Positions 17,462 through 26,386 are shown, counted from the first letter of the stretch. The stretch is DNA of 64,000 nt from an uncultured Nitrospiraceae bacterium (GCA_947085205.1 CAMTVO010000014.1:17946-81945), one strand, 5' to 3'. Program-made: numbers and translations. Notes: generated from the letters alone by a model not told the origin.

Positions 17462-17494
17462 ATGCTATAAAACCTTACTGTTTTTGTCAAGTAT
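17462..17494 (-). promoter_or_regulatory. iscR promoter (TTGACA-N17-TAGCAT) overlapped by an IscR type-1-like operator
   Basis: Minus strand 17494-17470 reads ATACTTGACAAAAACAGTAAGGTTT. It matches 22 of 25 positions of the E. coli type-1 IscR consensus ATASYYGACTRWWWYAGTCRRSTAT, as I recall it. The -10 element ends 6 nt before the ATG. Confidence 0.5.
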
Positions 17495-17500
17495 TATGAT

Positions 17501-17533
17501 AAAAAACAGGCGATAGGCTATTGCCTATCGCCT
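17501..17533 (-). terminator. Rho-independent terminator after mlaC
   Basis: 11-bp perfect stem AGGCGATAGGC/GCCTATCGCCT with a 4-nt loop, followed on the minus strand by GTTTTTT. It starts right after the mlaC stop. Confidence 0.75.
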
Positions 17534-18214
17534 CTACTTTGCCTTTTCCTCAAAAAGCTCTTCTTCCTGTTTGTCCTTCATCTTCTTGACAAGCTCTTCG
17601 TAGGAATCCCGCAGAATGATCTTATTAAATTGTGTCCTGTAATTGCTTACGAGGCTTACGCCTTCTATCACCACATCATATACTTCCCATTTGCCATTCT
17701 TTTTGAGGAGCCTGTAATGTATAGGTATTTCAACATTTCTCTTTGTGATTACCTTGCTTTTTACAACAGAGTATTCGCCCTCTATATCCTCACCCACATA
17801 CAAAATCTTTTCGTCTTCATAGGCCTCAATCTTTTTAATATATGACCTTTCAAGAAGGTCGGCATATAACGGCACAAACTCTTTTCTTTCCTCTGGCGTC
17901 CTTTTTCTCCAATGAAGGGCGAGGGACCTCTTTGCCATTTCCTCAAAATCAAATCTCTCGGAAATAGTCTTGCGGATTGCAGTCCTTCGCTCCTTTGTTT
18001 TTTCCGGCTTCTTCAGTTCCTTGTTTCTTAAGATATCAAGAACCTTATCAACGGTCTGCTTTACCTGATTTGTAGGCTCACCAGCATAGGCATCAGAAGC
18101 AGTGAATAGTGAATAGTGAATAGTGAACAGCAGAAGCATAACGAGTAACGAGTAATGAGTAACAAGTTTTTTGAAATCTGAAATCTGAAATCTGAAATCT
18201 GAAATTTTTCCCAT
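17534..18214 (-). CDS. mlaC: MlaC/Ttg2D-family periplasmic lipid-binding protein
   Basis: Tol-tolerance family pattern (RRTAIRKTISERFDFEEMAKRSLALHWRK...ERKEF). Signal peptide ends AYA|G. SD GAGAGG before ATG 18214. Confidence 0.8.
   Translation of the reverse strand: MGKISDFRFQISDFKKLVTHYSLLVMLLLFTIHYSLFTASDAYAGEPTNQVKQTVDKVLDILRNKELKKPEKTKERRTAIRKTISERFDFEEMAKRSLALHWRKRTPEERKEFVPLYADLLERSYIKKIEAYEDEKILYVGEDIEGEYSVVKSKVITKRNVEIPIHYRLLKKNGKWEVYDVVIEGVSLVSNYRTQFNKIILRDSYEELVKKMKDKQEEELFEEKAK
18100..18205. repeat. Three consecutive heptamer arrays (TAGTGAA x3-4; GTAACGA-type x4; CTGAAAT x5) in the mlaC 5' coding region
   Basis: Arrays at 18100-18130, 18137-18166 and 18171-18205. Confidence 0.9.
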
Positions 18215-18224
18215 AATCGCCTCT

Positions 18225-19634
18225 CTATCTTATCTCTTTCAAATCCAATCCTGTTGCATACAAAAGATTTGCGAATGATATCCTATGATTATATATAGAG
18301 CGTAGATTATCTGCCTTCATCTGTGAGTAAGCTACCGCTGCATCAGCCACATCCTTTGCATCGCCTATCCCGAGGTCGAAGTTAGCCACTGCCGCAACAA
18401 GCCACTTCCTTGCATTTCTGTATGCCTTTTCTGTCTCTATGATATTCTTCCTTGCCTCTTCCAGATCGAGATATGCCTTTCTCACCTGAAACGGTATGGC
18501 ATCGTCGGCGAATTTCTTCTTCTCCAGCAATTTATAATATTCAGCCTGAGCCTCCTTCACCCTTCCCCCTGTTATTCCGAAATCGATAGACCACTTAAGC
18601 CCCATAAATGCAGCGCTGTAGGCATGGTTAAAGTAATCGTAAATATACGGGTTATCCACCTTATCCCTGTTTGTTGCACCTGCTACAGATGCCTTCAGTC
18701 CTACAAATAACTGAGGATAGTAGTTGCTCTTCTCCACACCGATAAGGGCATTCCTCGCATTCAAACCCTCTTTAAGCTGGATAAATTCAGGTCTGAGTTC
18801 CACAGCATTTTTCAAATAGTTATTCAGCTCCTCGGGGATTCTGCTTTCCGGCGTGAGAAAAGTGTCTGCAGTATCGAATTCGGTTCCTCTTGGAAACCCC
18901 ATGCTTGTTACAAGGGCATCTGTTGCAAGGGCAATTCCCTTTTCTGCCTCGTTGATGTTTTTGTCAACCGCTCCTAAAAATGTCCTGAGTTTGAATAGAT
19001 TGAGTTCGTCCGCCCACGGAGAGTCTATTTCTATCTGTTTCTCCGCCTTTTTTATCGATTCGACAAGTTCGTCCTTGACTTCCAGAGCAAGGTTTCGCAT
19101 ATCCTTTGCAAGGAGAAGGCCGTAATAAAGTTCCTTTGTTCTTAAAACTATATCAGATGTCTTCTTATCCACACCTGCCTTTGCCACTTTTATGCCGCTC
19201 GAGGCAGCCTCTCTATAACTGCTTATCTTGCCGAATGTGTATATGGGCTGGATTAATGTGACCTCTGTACTGCCGAATATCCCGTTGACAGTTGTTCCTA
19301 CAGATGTATTAACATTTGGGCTTATCTGCTCCCTCTTTGCCCTTGGAGACGGCCCTGTAATTGCGAGTACCTCTATCTGAGGATAGACTGCCGAGTCTGC
19401 CTGGAGCTTTTTTGACTTATACGCTTCCTCTTCGTATCGTGATTCGCCTATCTCGGGGCTGACCTCGATAGCCTTTTTTATGCACTGCTCGATATTTAAA
19501 ACAATCTTTCCACTATCTTGAGCATATGCAGGAATGGCTAAATTAGTAGACAGTAAGCAGTAGACAGTAGACAGTAAAAAAAGAAAAATTTTTTTTGACT
19601 GCTGACTCCTGACTGCTGACTGCTGACACTTCAT
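18225..19634 (-). CDS. TolC-family outer membrane efflux protein
   Basis: Two OEP repeats, signal peptide ending AYA|Q, strong SD AGGAGG 5 nt before ATG 19634. Confidence 0.8.
   Translation of the reverse strand: MKCQQSAVRSQQSKKIFLFLLSTVYCLLSTNLAIPAYAQDSGKIVLNIEQCIKKAIEVSPEIGESRYEEEAYKSKKLQADSAVYPQIEVLAITGPSPRAKREQISPNVNTSVGTTVNGIFGSTEVTLIQPIYTFGKISSYREAASSGIKVAKAGVDKKTSDIVLRTKELYYGLLLAKDMRNLALEVKDELVESIKKAEKQIEIDSPWADELNLFKLRTFLGAVDKNINEAEKGIALATDALVTSMGFPRGTEFDTADTFLTPESRIPEELNNYLKNAVELRPEFIQLKEGLNARNALIGVEKSNYYPQLFVGLKASVAGATNRDKVDNPYIYDYFNHAYSAAFMGLKWSIDFGITGGRVKEAQAEYYKLLEKKKFADDAIPFQVRKAYLDLEEARKNIIETEKAYRNARKWLVAAVANFDLGIGDAKDVADAAVAYSQMKADNLRSIYNHRISFANLLYATGLDLKEIR
19544..19630. repeat. 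Two heptamer arrays (CAGTAGA/CAGTAAG x5; TGACTGC/TGACTCC x5) in the tolC 5' coding region
   Basis: Arrays at 19544-19578 and 19596-19630. Confidence 0.9.
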
Positions 19635-19643
19635 ACTTTCCTC

Positions 19644-20087
19644 CTAAACCTCACCGAATACATATTTTTGCAGCAATTCTTCTATATCAATAGCTGATTC
19701 TGTCTCCCTTATTTTACCGCCGTCCGAAATGATTTTTTCAGAACCGCCTGGTGTTATCTGTAAATATTTTTCACCTATAAGTCCCTTTGTCTTTACAGAT
19801 GCTATAGCATCCTCCTGCAGCTTGACACTGCTGTATATTGTTATTTCAACCAACGCCCCGTAGTCCTTGCTTAACCTTACGCCTTTTACCTTCCCTATAT
19901 CAACACCTGCCATTTCAACCACTGCGCCAGGTTTAATCCCCCCTGCCTTTTCAAATTCAGCATATACTGTATAACTGTTCTTCCCTATTATTTCAAGTTC
20001 ACCAAGCTTTATGGATAAATAGCCGAGGGAGATAATACCTATTAAAACAAAGAAACCGACAGCCAATTCTACGTCAATTTTTTTCAT
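19644..20087 (-). CDS. mlaD: MCE-domain protein MlaD
   Basis: N-terminal TM helix plus MCE domain (AEFEKAGGIKPGAVVEMAGVDIGKV). Confidence 0.85.
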   Translation of the reverse strand: MKKIDVELAVGFFVLIGIISLGYLSIKLGELEIIGKNSYTVYAEFEKAGGIKPGAVVEMAGVDIGKVKGVRLSKDYGALVEITIYSSVKLQEDAIASVKTKGLIGEKYLQITPGGSEKIISDGGKIRETESAIDIEELLQKYVFGEV

Positions 20088-20132
20088 AAACTCTCCTGCT
20101 TTGCCGGAATGCGGAAAATGCGGTTTCTTTAA

Positions 20133-20882
20133 TCAATCCATTACTCCTATTGGCCCCTCAATGCCGCCTGTTATAAACTGTCGTACCACCGGATTGTTTG
20201 ACCTCTTAATTTCATCAGGAGTACCAGCATCTATTATAATGCCATTATACAACATGGCAACACTGTTTGCTACCTCAAATATCTTCGGCACATCATGACT
20301 TATTACCACACCTGTATACCCATATTTTTCATGGGTGCTTGTTATAAGTTTCTGCATAGAACTCGATAGAATCGGGTCAAGACCTGTGGTTGGCTCATCA
20401 AAAAGCACAATGGATGGCTCTGTAATAAGCGCCCTTGCAAGGGCGACCCTCTTTTTCATGCCTCCGCTCAGTTCTGCTGTGTACTTGTTCTCCACTCCTT
20501 TCAGACCAACATCAGCCAGTGCATGCATAACCCTATCCTGTATTTCCATCTTACTTAACCTTGTTTTTTCCATAAGTTGGAAAGCGACATTTCCATATAC
20601 ATTAAGGGAATCAAAAAGCGCACCTCCCTGAAAGAGCACTCCAAATTTTTCTCTTATTATATCCAGCTCCTTTGGTTCAAGCCCTGTAATATCCACACCG
20701 TCAACTAACACCTTCCCCTTATCAGGCATGAGGAGACCTATAATATGTTTTATCAGCACACTTTTACCGCAGCCGCTCTTTCCCATTATGGTTATAATTT
20801 CTTTGTCATGGATTGTCAAATTTACACCCTTGAGGACTTCCTGACCGTTAAAAGATTTATGAAGGTCAATGATTTCTATCAT
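20133..20882 (-). CDS. mlaF: ABC transporter ATP-binding protein MlaF
   Basis: Walker A GKSGCGKS, signature LSGGMKKR, Walker B VLFDEPTTGLD. Confidence 0.9.
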   Translation of the reverse strand: MIEIIDLHKSFNGQEVLKGVNLTIHDKEIITIMGKSGCGKSVLIKHIIGLLMPDKGKVLVDGVDITGLEPKELDIIREKFGVLFQGGALFDSLNVYGNVAFQLMEKTRLSKMEIQDRVMHALADVGLKGVENKYTAELSGGMKKRVALARALITEPSIVLFDEPTTGLDPILSSSMQKLITSTHEKYGYTGVVISHDVPKIFEVANSVAMLYNGIIIDAGTPDEIKRSNNPVVRQFITGGIEGPIGVMD

Positions 20883-20891
20883 TTAATCCTC

Positions 20892-21662
20892 TCATAAAAG
20901 GACTGAGCCGAGGAAGTAATCCCAGACAAGGATTAATATGGATGATATCACTACAGCCTCTGTTGTGGCCTTGCTGACCCCTTCTGCGCCATAACCTGTA
21001 TAAAAACCCTTATAGCAGCATACCCATGACACGATAACGCCGAAACTGAGGGATTTATAAAGTCCGATCATTACATCCTCCATATCCACATAATCCTTCA
21101 TAAGCGAGAAATATGTTCCTGAATTAATCCCGAGTATCTCCACTCCCACCACATATCCACCATATATGCCGATTACATCAAAAATGGCTGTAAGCAAGGG
21201 AAAGACTATTATGGCAGCAGCTATGCTTGGCACAATGAGATAACGCATGGGATTGAGTCCCATTGCTGTAAGGGCGTCTATCTGCTCGGTAATCCTCATC
21301 ATGCCTATCTCTGCAGTCAATGCCGAACCTGCCCTGCCTGTAACCATCAGGGCAGAAAGGACAGGCCCCAATTCCCTGATAAGGCTGAGTGCAATGCCAG
21401 GACCTAATAATGCATCTGAGCCGAACTTTCTTAGGATATAATATAATTGCAGGGCGAGGACCATACCGGTAAAAGCGCCTGTAAGGAGAATTACAGCCAT
21501 GGATTTATTTCCAAAGAATCTTATCTGCCTCAAAAGCAATTTGAATTTAAATGGTGGAATGAAGATAAAATAAAAGGAGTTTAACAGAAAGAGGAACATG
21601 TGGCCCATTCTTCTCAAGATTGAGAGTGCCCACGAACCTAATATCCTCAATAATTTTTCCAT
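20892..21662 (-). CDS. mlaE: ABC transporter permease MlaE
   Basis: Polytopic membrane protein with the MlaE pattern (RELGPVL.ALMV.GR.GSA..AEIG.M..TEQIDAL). Confidence 0.9.
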   Translation of the reverse strand: MEKLLRILGSWALSILRRMGHMFLFLLNSFYFIFIPPFKFKLLLRQIRFFGNKSMAVILLTGAFTGMVLALQLYYILRKFGSDALLGPGIALSLIRELGPVLSALMVTGRAGSALTAEIGMMRITEQIDALTAMGLNPMRYLIVPSIAAAIIVFPLLTAIFDVIGIYGGYVVGVEILGINSGTYFSLMKDYVDMEDVMIGLYKSLSFGVIVSWVCCYKGFYTGYGAEGVSKATTEAVVISSILILVWDYFLGSVLL

Positions 21663-21698
21663 TTAAATACACTTCCGTCCGTTTATTCTTAGCCTTTA

Positions 21699-21727
21699 AT
21701 AATAAAAAAAGCGCGTAGTGTTGTCAA
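21699..21727 (-). promoter_or_regulatory. Sigma70-like promoter upstream of mlaE
   Basis: Minus strand reads TTGACA-N17-TATTAT, 36 nt upstream of ATG 21662. Confidence 0.55.
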
Positions 21728-21733
21728 TTAAAT

Positions 21734-21747
21734 TTGCTTTAAAGCAA
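21734..21747. promoter_or_regulatory. Perfect 14-bp palindrome TTGCTTTAAAGCAA just upstream of the mla -35 box (operator candidate)
   Basis: Self-complementary sequence 6 nt upstream of the TTGACA box. Confidence 0.3.
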
Positions 21748-21787
21748 TGACCTTTATATCCAAAGTCAGTGGTAAGGGTTATAATTC

Positions 21788-21826
21788 GCTCATGGCTCAT
21801 AGTTTTATAGTTTTTTGCTATGAGCC
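21788..21826. repeat. Inverted GCTCATG/GCTCATA vs GCTATGAGCC arms, mlaE|pyrD spacer
   Basis: Arms at 21788-21802 and 21817-21826. The right arm covers the pyrD stop. Confidence 0.8.
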
Positions 21827-22756
21827 AATTTTCAGGCTTCCGATGATTTCATTAATATCAGAAAGCCCTTCCTCTTTAAGAAATCTCTCAAGACCTTCTA
21901 TTATTTCAATTGTTGCAGTAGGATTTACAAAATTAGCGGTTCCGACAGCAACAGCTTTTGCTCCTGCTATCAAGAATTCGAGGGCATCATTGGCGTCCAT
22001 TATTCCGCCCATTCCGATAATCGGTATCTTTACAGCCTTATAGACTTCCCACACCATCCTAACTGCAACAGGCCTGATTGCAGGTCCTGAAAGCCCACCG
22101 GTGACATTTGCAAGCGCCGGCTTGCGTTTTTTAATATCAACTACCATTCCGGTTATTGTGTTTATCAAAGAAACCGCATCAGCGCCTGAATTTTCTGCAA
22201 CTTTTGCCATAAATCCAACATTGGTAACATTAGGAGAGAGTTTTACTATCAGGGGGAGTTTTATTGCCTTCCTGACAGCAGTTACGGCCTGTTCCATTAT
22301 TTTTGGGTCTGTGCCGAATACTATCCATCCTGCCTGCTTGTTCGGGCAAGAGATATTCATTTCAAGGGCATGGACTCCTTCAGCGCTGCTTAATTCCTCT
22401 GCTGCCTGAACATATTCATCTATGCTGTCTCCAAAGAAATTTGCAATGACAGGAGTCTTGAACTTTTTCAGAAATGGGAGTTTCTCCTCTACGAAAGCCT
22501 TAACTCCTATATTCTGAAGACCAATGGCATTGAGCATTCCTGCTGGCGTTTCGATAACCCTCGGTGTTGGATTTCCTTGTCTTGGCGCAACAGAAAGCCC
22601 CTTGACCACGATTGCGCCAAGCCTGCTTAAATCAAGAAATTCAGAATATTCCTCGCCATATCCGAATGTCCCTGATGCAGTCATCACAGGATTTTTGAGC
22701 CTTAATCCAGCGATGTCTATCTCAAGATTTATTTTCTTTTCTTTACTTAAATCCAT
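21818..22756 (-). CDS. pyrD: Dihydroorotate dehydrogenase, class 1B catalytic subunit
   Basis: NPVMTASGTFG, NISCPN, GGLSGPAIRP, IIGMGGI motifs. Start shares a TAATG overlap with the pyrK stop. Confidence 0.9.
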   Translation of the reverse strand: MDLSKEKKINLEIDIAGLRLKNPVMTASGTFGYGEEYSEFLDLSRLGAIVVKGLSVAPRQGNPTPRVIETPAGMLNAIGLQNIGVKAFVEEKLPFLKKFKTPVIANFFGDSIDEYVQAAEELSSAEGVHALEMNISCPNKQAGWIVFGTDPKIMEQAVTAVRKAIKLPLIVKLSPNVTNVGFMAKVAENSGADAVSLINTITGMVVDIKKRKPALANVTGGLSGPAIRPVAVRMVWEVYKAVKIPIIGMGGIMDANDALEFLIAGAKAVAVGTANFVNPTATIEIIEGLERFLKEEGLSDINEIIGSLKIGS

Positions 22757-23622
22757 TACTCCAACACTCCATCACTCCATACAATGTCTTCTATATCAAA
22801 GACCGGCCCCTCTTTACATACCCTTTTATAAGTAAACAGCGAATGGTGAGCGGTGAGCAGTTGAGATTCGTTTTTATTACTGCTTCCTGCTTCCTGCTCA
22901 CTGCTTACCGTCTTCACCACACATCCCAGACATGCACCGACTCCGCATGCCATGTGTTCCTCCAGAGAAACATAACACTTTATATCTTTGTCTGCGACAA
23001 CTTTGGAAAGTTCTTTCAGCATTGGTGTAGGGCCGCAAGCATAAATCGGTAATGCGTAATGCGTAATGCGTGATGGGTTAAGAAAATCGCTTAAAGAATC
23101 TGTTATCAAACCCTTCTTGCCTTCAGAGCCGTCATCCGTTGCTATAAACAATTCCTTTGAAAATGTTTTTGCCTCATTTAGCATTACCAGTTCTTGTTTA
23201 TTCCTTGCGCCATAAAAAAGATATGCCTTGCTTTTAAATTTCTCCAGAAGATGCAATAAAGAGGCAATACCAATTCCGCCGGCAACCGCTATGAAATCCC
23301 CATGAGGTTCCGGATAGCTGTTACCGAGCGGCCCGATTACATTGATTACATCGCCGCCTTTAAGATTAGATAAACATGATGTGCCTTTCCCCCTAATCCT
23401 GTAAAGAAACCGGAGCGTGTTATCTTCATATCCGAAAATACTAAATGGTCTTTTTAAGAGAGGGTCGTAAGTGTCGCCTGCCTGAAGCATATAAAATTGT
23501 CCCGGCTCCGGAATCTTTACAGTAGACAACGGACTAAGGCTTAATAATTTGAAGCGCTTGTTTAAAGAGATATTGTCGGTTACATCTGCTTTGAAATATT
23601 TATTAGACAAAGCTGATCTCAA
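22756..23622 (-). CDS. pyrK: Dihydroorotate dehydrogenase electron-transfer subunit (FAD/2Fe-2S)
   Basis: RPFSI FAD motif, GGIGIA NAD-type motif, C-terminal CGVGACLGC...C cluster motif. TTG start. Two repeat-derived in-frame inserts. Confidence 0.85.
   Translation of the reverse strand: MRSALSNKYFKADVTDNISLNKRFKLLSLSPLSTVKIPEPGQFYMLQAGDTYDPLLKRPFSIFGYEDNTLRFLYRIRGKGTSCLSNLKGGDVINVIGPLGNSYPEPHGDFIAVAGGIGIASLLHLLEKFKSKAYLFYGARNKQELVMLNEAKTFSKELFIATDDGSEGKKGLITDSLSDFLNPSRITHYALPIYACGPTPMLKELSKVVADKDIKCYVSLEEHMACGVGACLGCVVKTVSSEQEAGSSNKNESQLLTAHHSLFTYKRVCKEGPVFDIEDIVWSDGVLE
22845..22909. repeat. Inverted pair of arrays (GGTGAGC x2 vs CTGCTTC/CTGCTCA units) inside the pyrK CDS
   Basis: Arms at 22845-22860 and 22880-22909, with a 19-nt loop. 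Confidence 0.85.
23049..23080. repeat. Heptamer array GTAATGC x3 (+GTGATGG) inside the pyrK CDS
   Basis: Read directly. Encodes [10 protein letters not shown] on the minus strand. Confidence 0.85.
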
Positions 23623-24076
23623 TGATTTCGTATTCTATAGTCCTTGCAGGAGCCTTTACAACTGCAATATCGCCCACTTCTTTGCCTATCAATGCCCTCC
23701 CGACAGGCGAGATTATGGAAATCTTTCCGCTCTTGACATCAGCCTCGTCAGGGCCTACAAGGGTGAATTCATACTCATTGTCTGCCTCGACATCAACTAC
23801 CTTAACCTTTGCTCCAAATGCTACATTTGACTGGTTTATCTTTGCAGGGTCTATGACATCTGCAGTTGCAAGCTTTCCCTGAAGCTCCTGTATGCGTCCT
23901 TCTATAAAGGACTGCCTCTCCTTTGCGGCATGATACTCGGCATTCTCTGACAAATCCCCATGCGCCCTTGCCTCGGCTATATCCTGTATGTTCTTCGGCC
24001 TCTCGACCTTTAGAAGTCTGTCAAGCTCGTCCTTAAGCTTCCGATAACCTTCAGGTGTCATTGGAACACGGTTCAT
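23603..24076 (-). CDS. greA: Transcription elongation factor GreA
   Basis: Full-length GreA pattern (PMT.EG...L..EL..L......I...[18 protein letters not shown]). Confidence 0.95.
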   Translation of the reverse strand: MNRVPMTPEGYRKLKDELDRLLKVERPKNIQDIAEARAHGDLSENAEYHAAKERQSFIEGRIQELQGKLATADVIDPAKINQSNVAFGAKVKVVDVEADNEYEFTLVGPDEADVKSGKISIISPVGRALIGKEVGDIAVVKAPARTIEYEIIEISFV

Positions 24077-24097
24077 TATCGATGCATCCCTTCTTTT

Positions 24098-24172
24098 GAA
24101 GTAGGAACTGAGAAGTAAAAACTGGGAAACAAAAGTTCCGTTTTCAACTTCTAACTTCCAACTTCATACTTC
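24098..24172. repeat. Inverted degenerate arrays (GAAGTAG-type vs AACTTC-type), greA|fliW spacer
   Basis: Arms at 24098-24130 and 24135-24172. Confidence 0.75.
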
Positions 24173-24220
24173 TTAATAAAATAACACTTTTATAATGATT
24201 TTTTCAAAAAGGAAAGATTC

Positions 24221-24655
24221 TTACGCGTTTTCCGCTTCTTTAGAGAGAGATTGCACAGGCGCCCTGAAAGAATAGCGGTCATCTTCAAGGATTATCTGTA
24301 CCGCCTTTAATTTGGCGATATTAACGATTAGCGGAGCCTTTAGATTTGCATTCAATGCATTCTCAGAAACATTTAAAATTACAAGGACAGCAGTATCTCC
24401 CGCATCCTTAATTTCGAGAAACTCCTCAACATCATCTTCGACAGTGAGAGAATAATCATGGAAAAAGCTGAAAGGCTCAGTAACTATGAAAGCCACTTCA
24501 GGGTCTTCAACTGCATGAAGCCATTTTATAGGGTCTTTATAGTCAAGGAGGATATATCGCTTTAAGTGTGGGAAACCCGGAATTCCCAAAGGAAAACTGA
24601 TTATCTTATCCTCTTCAATGTCTATCTCGCCGAACCTTGTAGTATTTATTTTCAT
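24221..24655 (-). CDS. fliW: Flagellar assembly factor FliW
   Basis: TRFGEIDIEEDKIISFPLGIPGF N-terminus. Adjacent to csrA. Confidence 0.9.
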   Translation of the reverse strand: MKINTTRFGEIDIEEDKIISFPLGIPGFPHLKRYILLDYKDPIKWLHAVEDPEVAFIVTEPFSFFHDYSLTVEDDVEEFLEIKDAGDTAVLVILNVSENALNANLKAPLIVNIAKLKAVQIILEDDRYSFRAPVQSLSKEAENA

Positions 24656-24672
24656 CTTCGCCCCGCTATTGT

Positions 24673-24900
24673 CTATTTGTCTTTCAATCCCAAGAAATCT
24701 TTAAGTTTGTCCATATCGAGCTTTGCTGCCTCAACATTTAGCTGTCTGAGTTTTTCATAGAGCTCTTCTCTGTAAATAGGCAGTTCCCTCGGCGCTTCTA
24801 TGCCGATTTTTACAAACCCGTTTCCTATTTCAACAATCTTTATCCGTATATTGTCGCCGATGTTTATTGTCTGATTTGTTTTTCTGGTTAGAACAAGCAT
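24673..24900 (-). CDS. csrA: Carbon storage regulator CsrA
   Basis: MLVLTRK..Q.I.IGD.I.I.IV.I....V.IGI.AP....I.R.E motif. 75 aa. Confidence 0.95.
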   Translation of the reverse strand: MLVLTRKTNQTINIGDNIRIKIVEIGNGFVKIGIEAPRELPIYREELYEKLRQLNVEAAKLDMDKLKDFLGLKDK

Positions 24901-24941
24901 TTTATCCTATCATTGGCCTATTATTTGCCTCATATCAGGCA

Positions 24942-26384
24942 TCACCTTATAAAGTCGAAAAGGCTTGTTCTAAGAAAATCAGACGATATGGTTCTCAAGC
25001 TCTGAAGCACAGTCTGTCTCTGAGTCATTTCTGATATAACCTTTGCAATATCGGCATCCTGGTCATTGGAAAGGTATGTATTAATATCGTATTCCCTGTC
25101 GTCCTGATAGTTGCCTTCGGCTTGCAGTTTGTTAAGGTTAGCTCCCACTTCTGCTTGTGACTGGAACACCTTTTCCGCTACCTTGCCGATATAGTCTATT
25201 GCCTTTTGAATACGGCCGTTATCGTTCATTTCAAGAGATACCTTCAGAAAATGAATCGCACGCAGTATATTATTTTCGTTCAGATAGTTGTTATTGAAGC
25301 TGTAATAATTGGGATTTGTTATGTCGGTAATATAGTTGTAATTTGCAATGCGGTCTCTCCCAAGAGTCATATTCTGTATTCCCTGTGGGTCGTATGCAAG
25401 TCTGTTAAGCCCGGCGCCTGCTCCGTCGGTCGTAGTTACAGTTATCTTAATTTTATCGGATTGACCCACCGGGCTCGATGCGATAATAAGTCTGTAATCA
25501 GGGCTTCCTGCTGTCCCGAAATTCACGATGTTTGCTTTTACTTTTATTCCAGGCTGATTGTTGATTGCATCACGAATATTGTTAAGAGAGGCATTGGCAG
25601 CAATCACAACATCTACCGGTGTTGTATTATTTTCACCTACTGTTATAGTTAAAGTTCCTCCATTGGTAGTAAAACCGGCTGCAGAAGAATCAGCCACTGC
25701 TGCTGACAGTTGCAGCGCTGATAAGGGATCTGCATCCGGTGGAGTTTTGCGTTCTCCGGTAAGCGGGTCGTTTGCGGTATCGAAGTCTCTATTATGCGGC
25801 GGTAAAATAGCATTTGACGGGTCTGCTGCATTTACACGTGCAAAGCTGAACAAGCTGTTTGCCGGCATATTTAATCCAATCTCCGCTCCAGCGCTTATAC
25901 TGATTTTGAAAATATTTGCATCCACAACAAATTCGCCGGTATTAATATCAATAGGAGCAATGTTTGATTTATAACCGGAAAATATATATTTGTCTCCTAC
26001 TTTTGTATTGGCAATATCAATGGCAGTTTTCAAAAGAATATCTACTTCCTTTGAAATCATCACCTTCGAATTGGGGTCGGTAGTCCCTGTCGCGCCTTGC
26101 AATGCCAGTTCTTTTACCCTTATCAGGGCGCTGTTCAGATTGGACATGGAAGAATCCAGCGCCTCAAAAGAGCTCTTTGCAGAATTTATCGCTTTTTTGT
26201 ATTCGCCTATTGCTGAAATTTGCGTCTTATAACCGACAATCCTCGACATGACAGTCGGGTCGTCCGACGGCCTGTTTATTTTCTTGCCTGTAGAAATCTG
26301 TTCATTGGAAATGAATATAGACTCCAGATTTTTCCTCATATCAGATAGAAATCTGTCGTAAAACATCTTATTCGTAATTCTCAT
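24942..26384 (-). CDS. flgL: Flagellar hook-associated protein 3 (FlgL)
   Basis: Flagellin-like N-terminus (MRITNKM...) and C-terminus (RTSLFDFIR), 480 aa. Follows flgK. Confidence 0.85.
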   Translation of the reverse strand: MRITNKMFYDRFLSDMRKNLESIFISNEQISTGKKINRPSDDPTVMSRIVGYKTQISAIGEYKKAINSAKSSFEALDSSMSNLNSALIRVKELALQGATGTTDPNSKVMISKEVDILLKTAIDIANTKVGDKYIFSGYKSNIAPIDINTGEFVVDANIFKISISAGAEIGLNMPANSLFSFARVNAADPSNAILPPHNRDFDTANDPLTGERKTPPDADPLSALQLSAAVADSSAAGFTTNGGTLTITVGENNTTPVDVVIAANASLNNIRDAINNQPGIKVKANIVNFGTAGSPDYRLIIASSPVGQSDKIKITVTTTDGAGAGLNRLAYDPQGIQNMTLGRDRIANYNYITDITNPNYYSFNNNYLNENNILRAIHFLKVSLEMNDNGRIQKAIDYIGKVAEKVFQSQAEVGANLNKLQAEGNYQDDREYDINTYLSNDQDADIAKVISEMTQRQTVLQSLRTISSDFLRTSLFDFIR

Positions 26385-26386
26385 GT

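Noticed and set aside
23603-23622. 20-nt overlap between the greA 3' end and the pyrK 5' end as a sign of a mis-called gene
   Set aside because: pyrK has no alternative in-frame ATG/GTG near the conserved N-terminus, so the TTG at 23622 is the only candidate. The overlap is plausible in this compact genome, but the start remains uncertain.
24901-24941. A sigma28 promoter directly upstream of csrA
   Set aside because: Only a poor -10-like CCTGATAT is present, with no TAAA at the required 15-nt spacing. csrA-fliW are probably co-transcribed with flgK-flgL.
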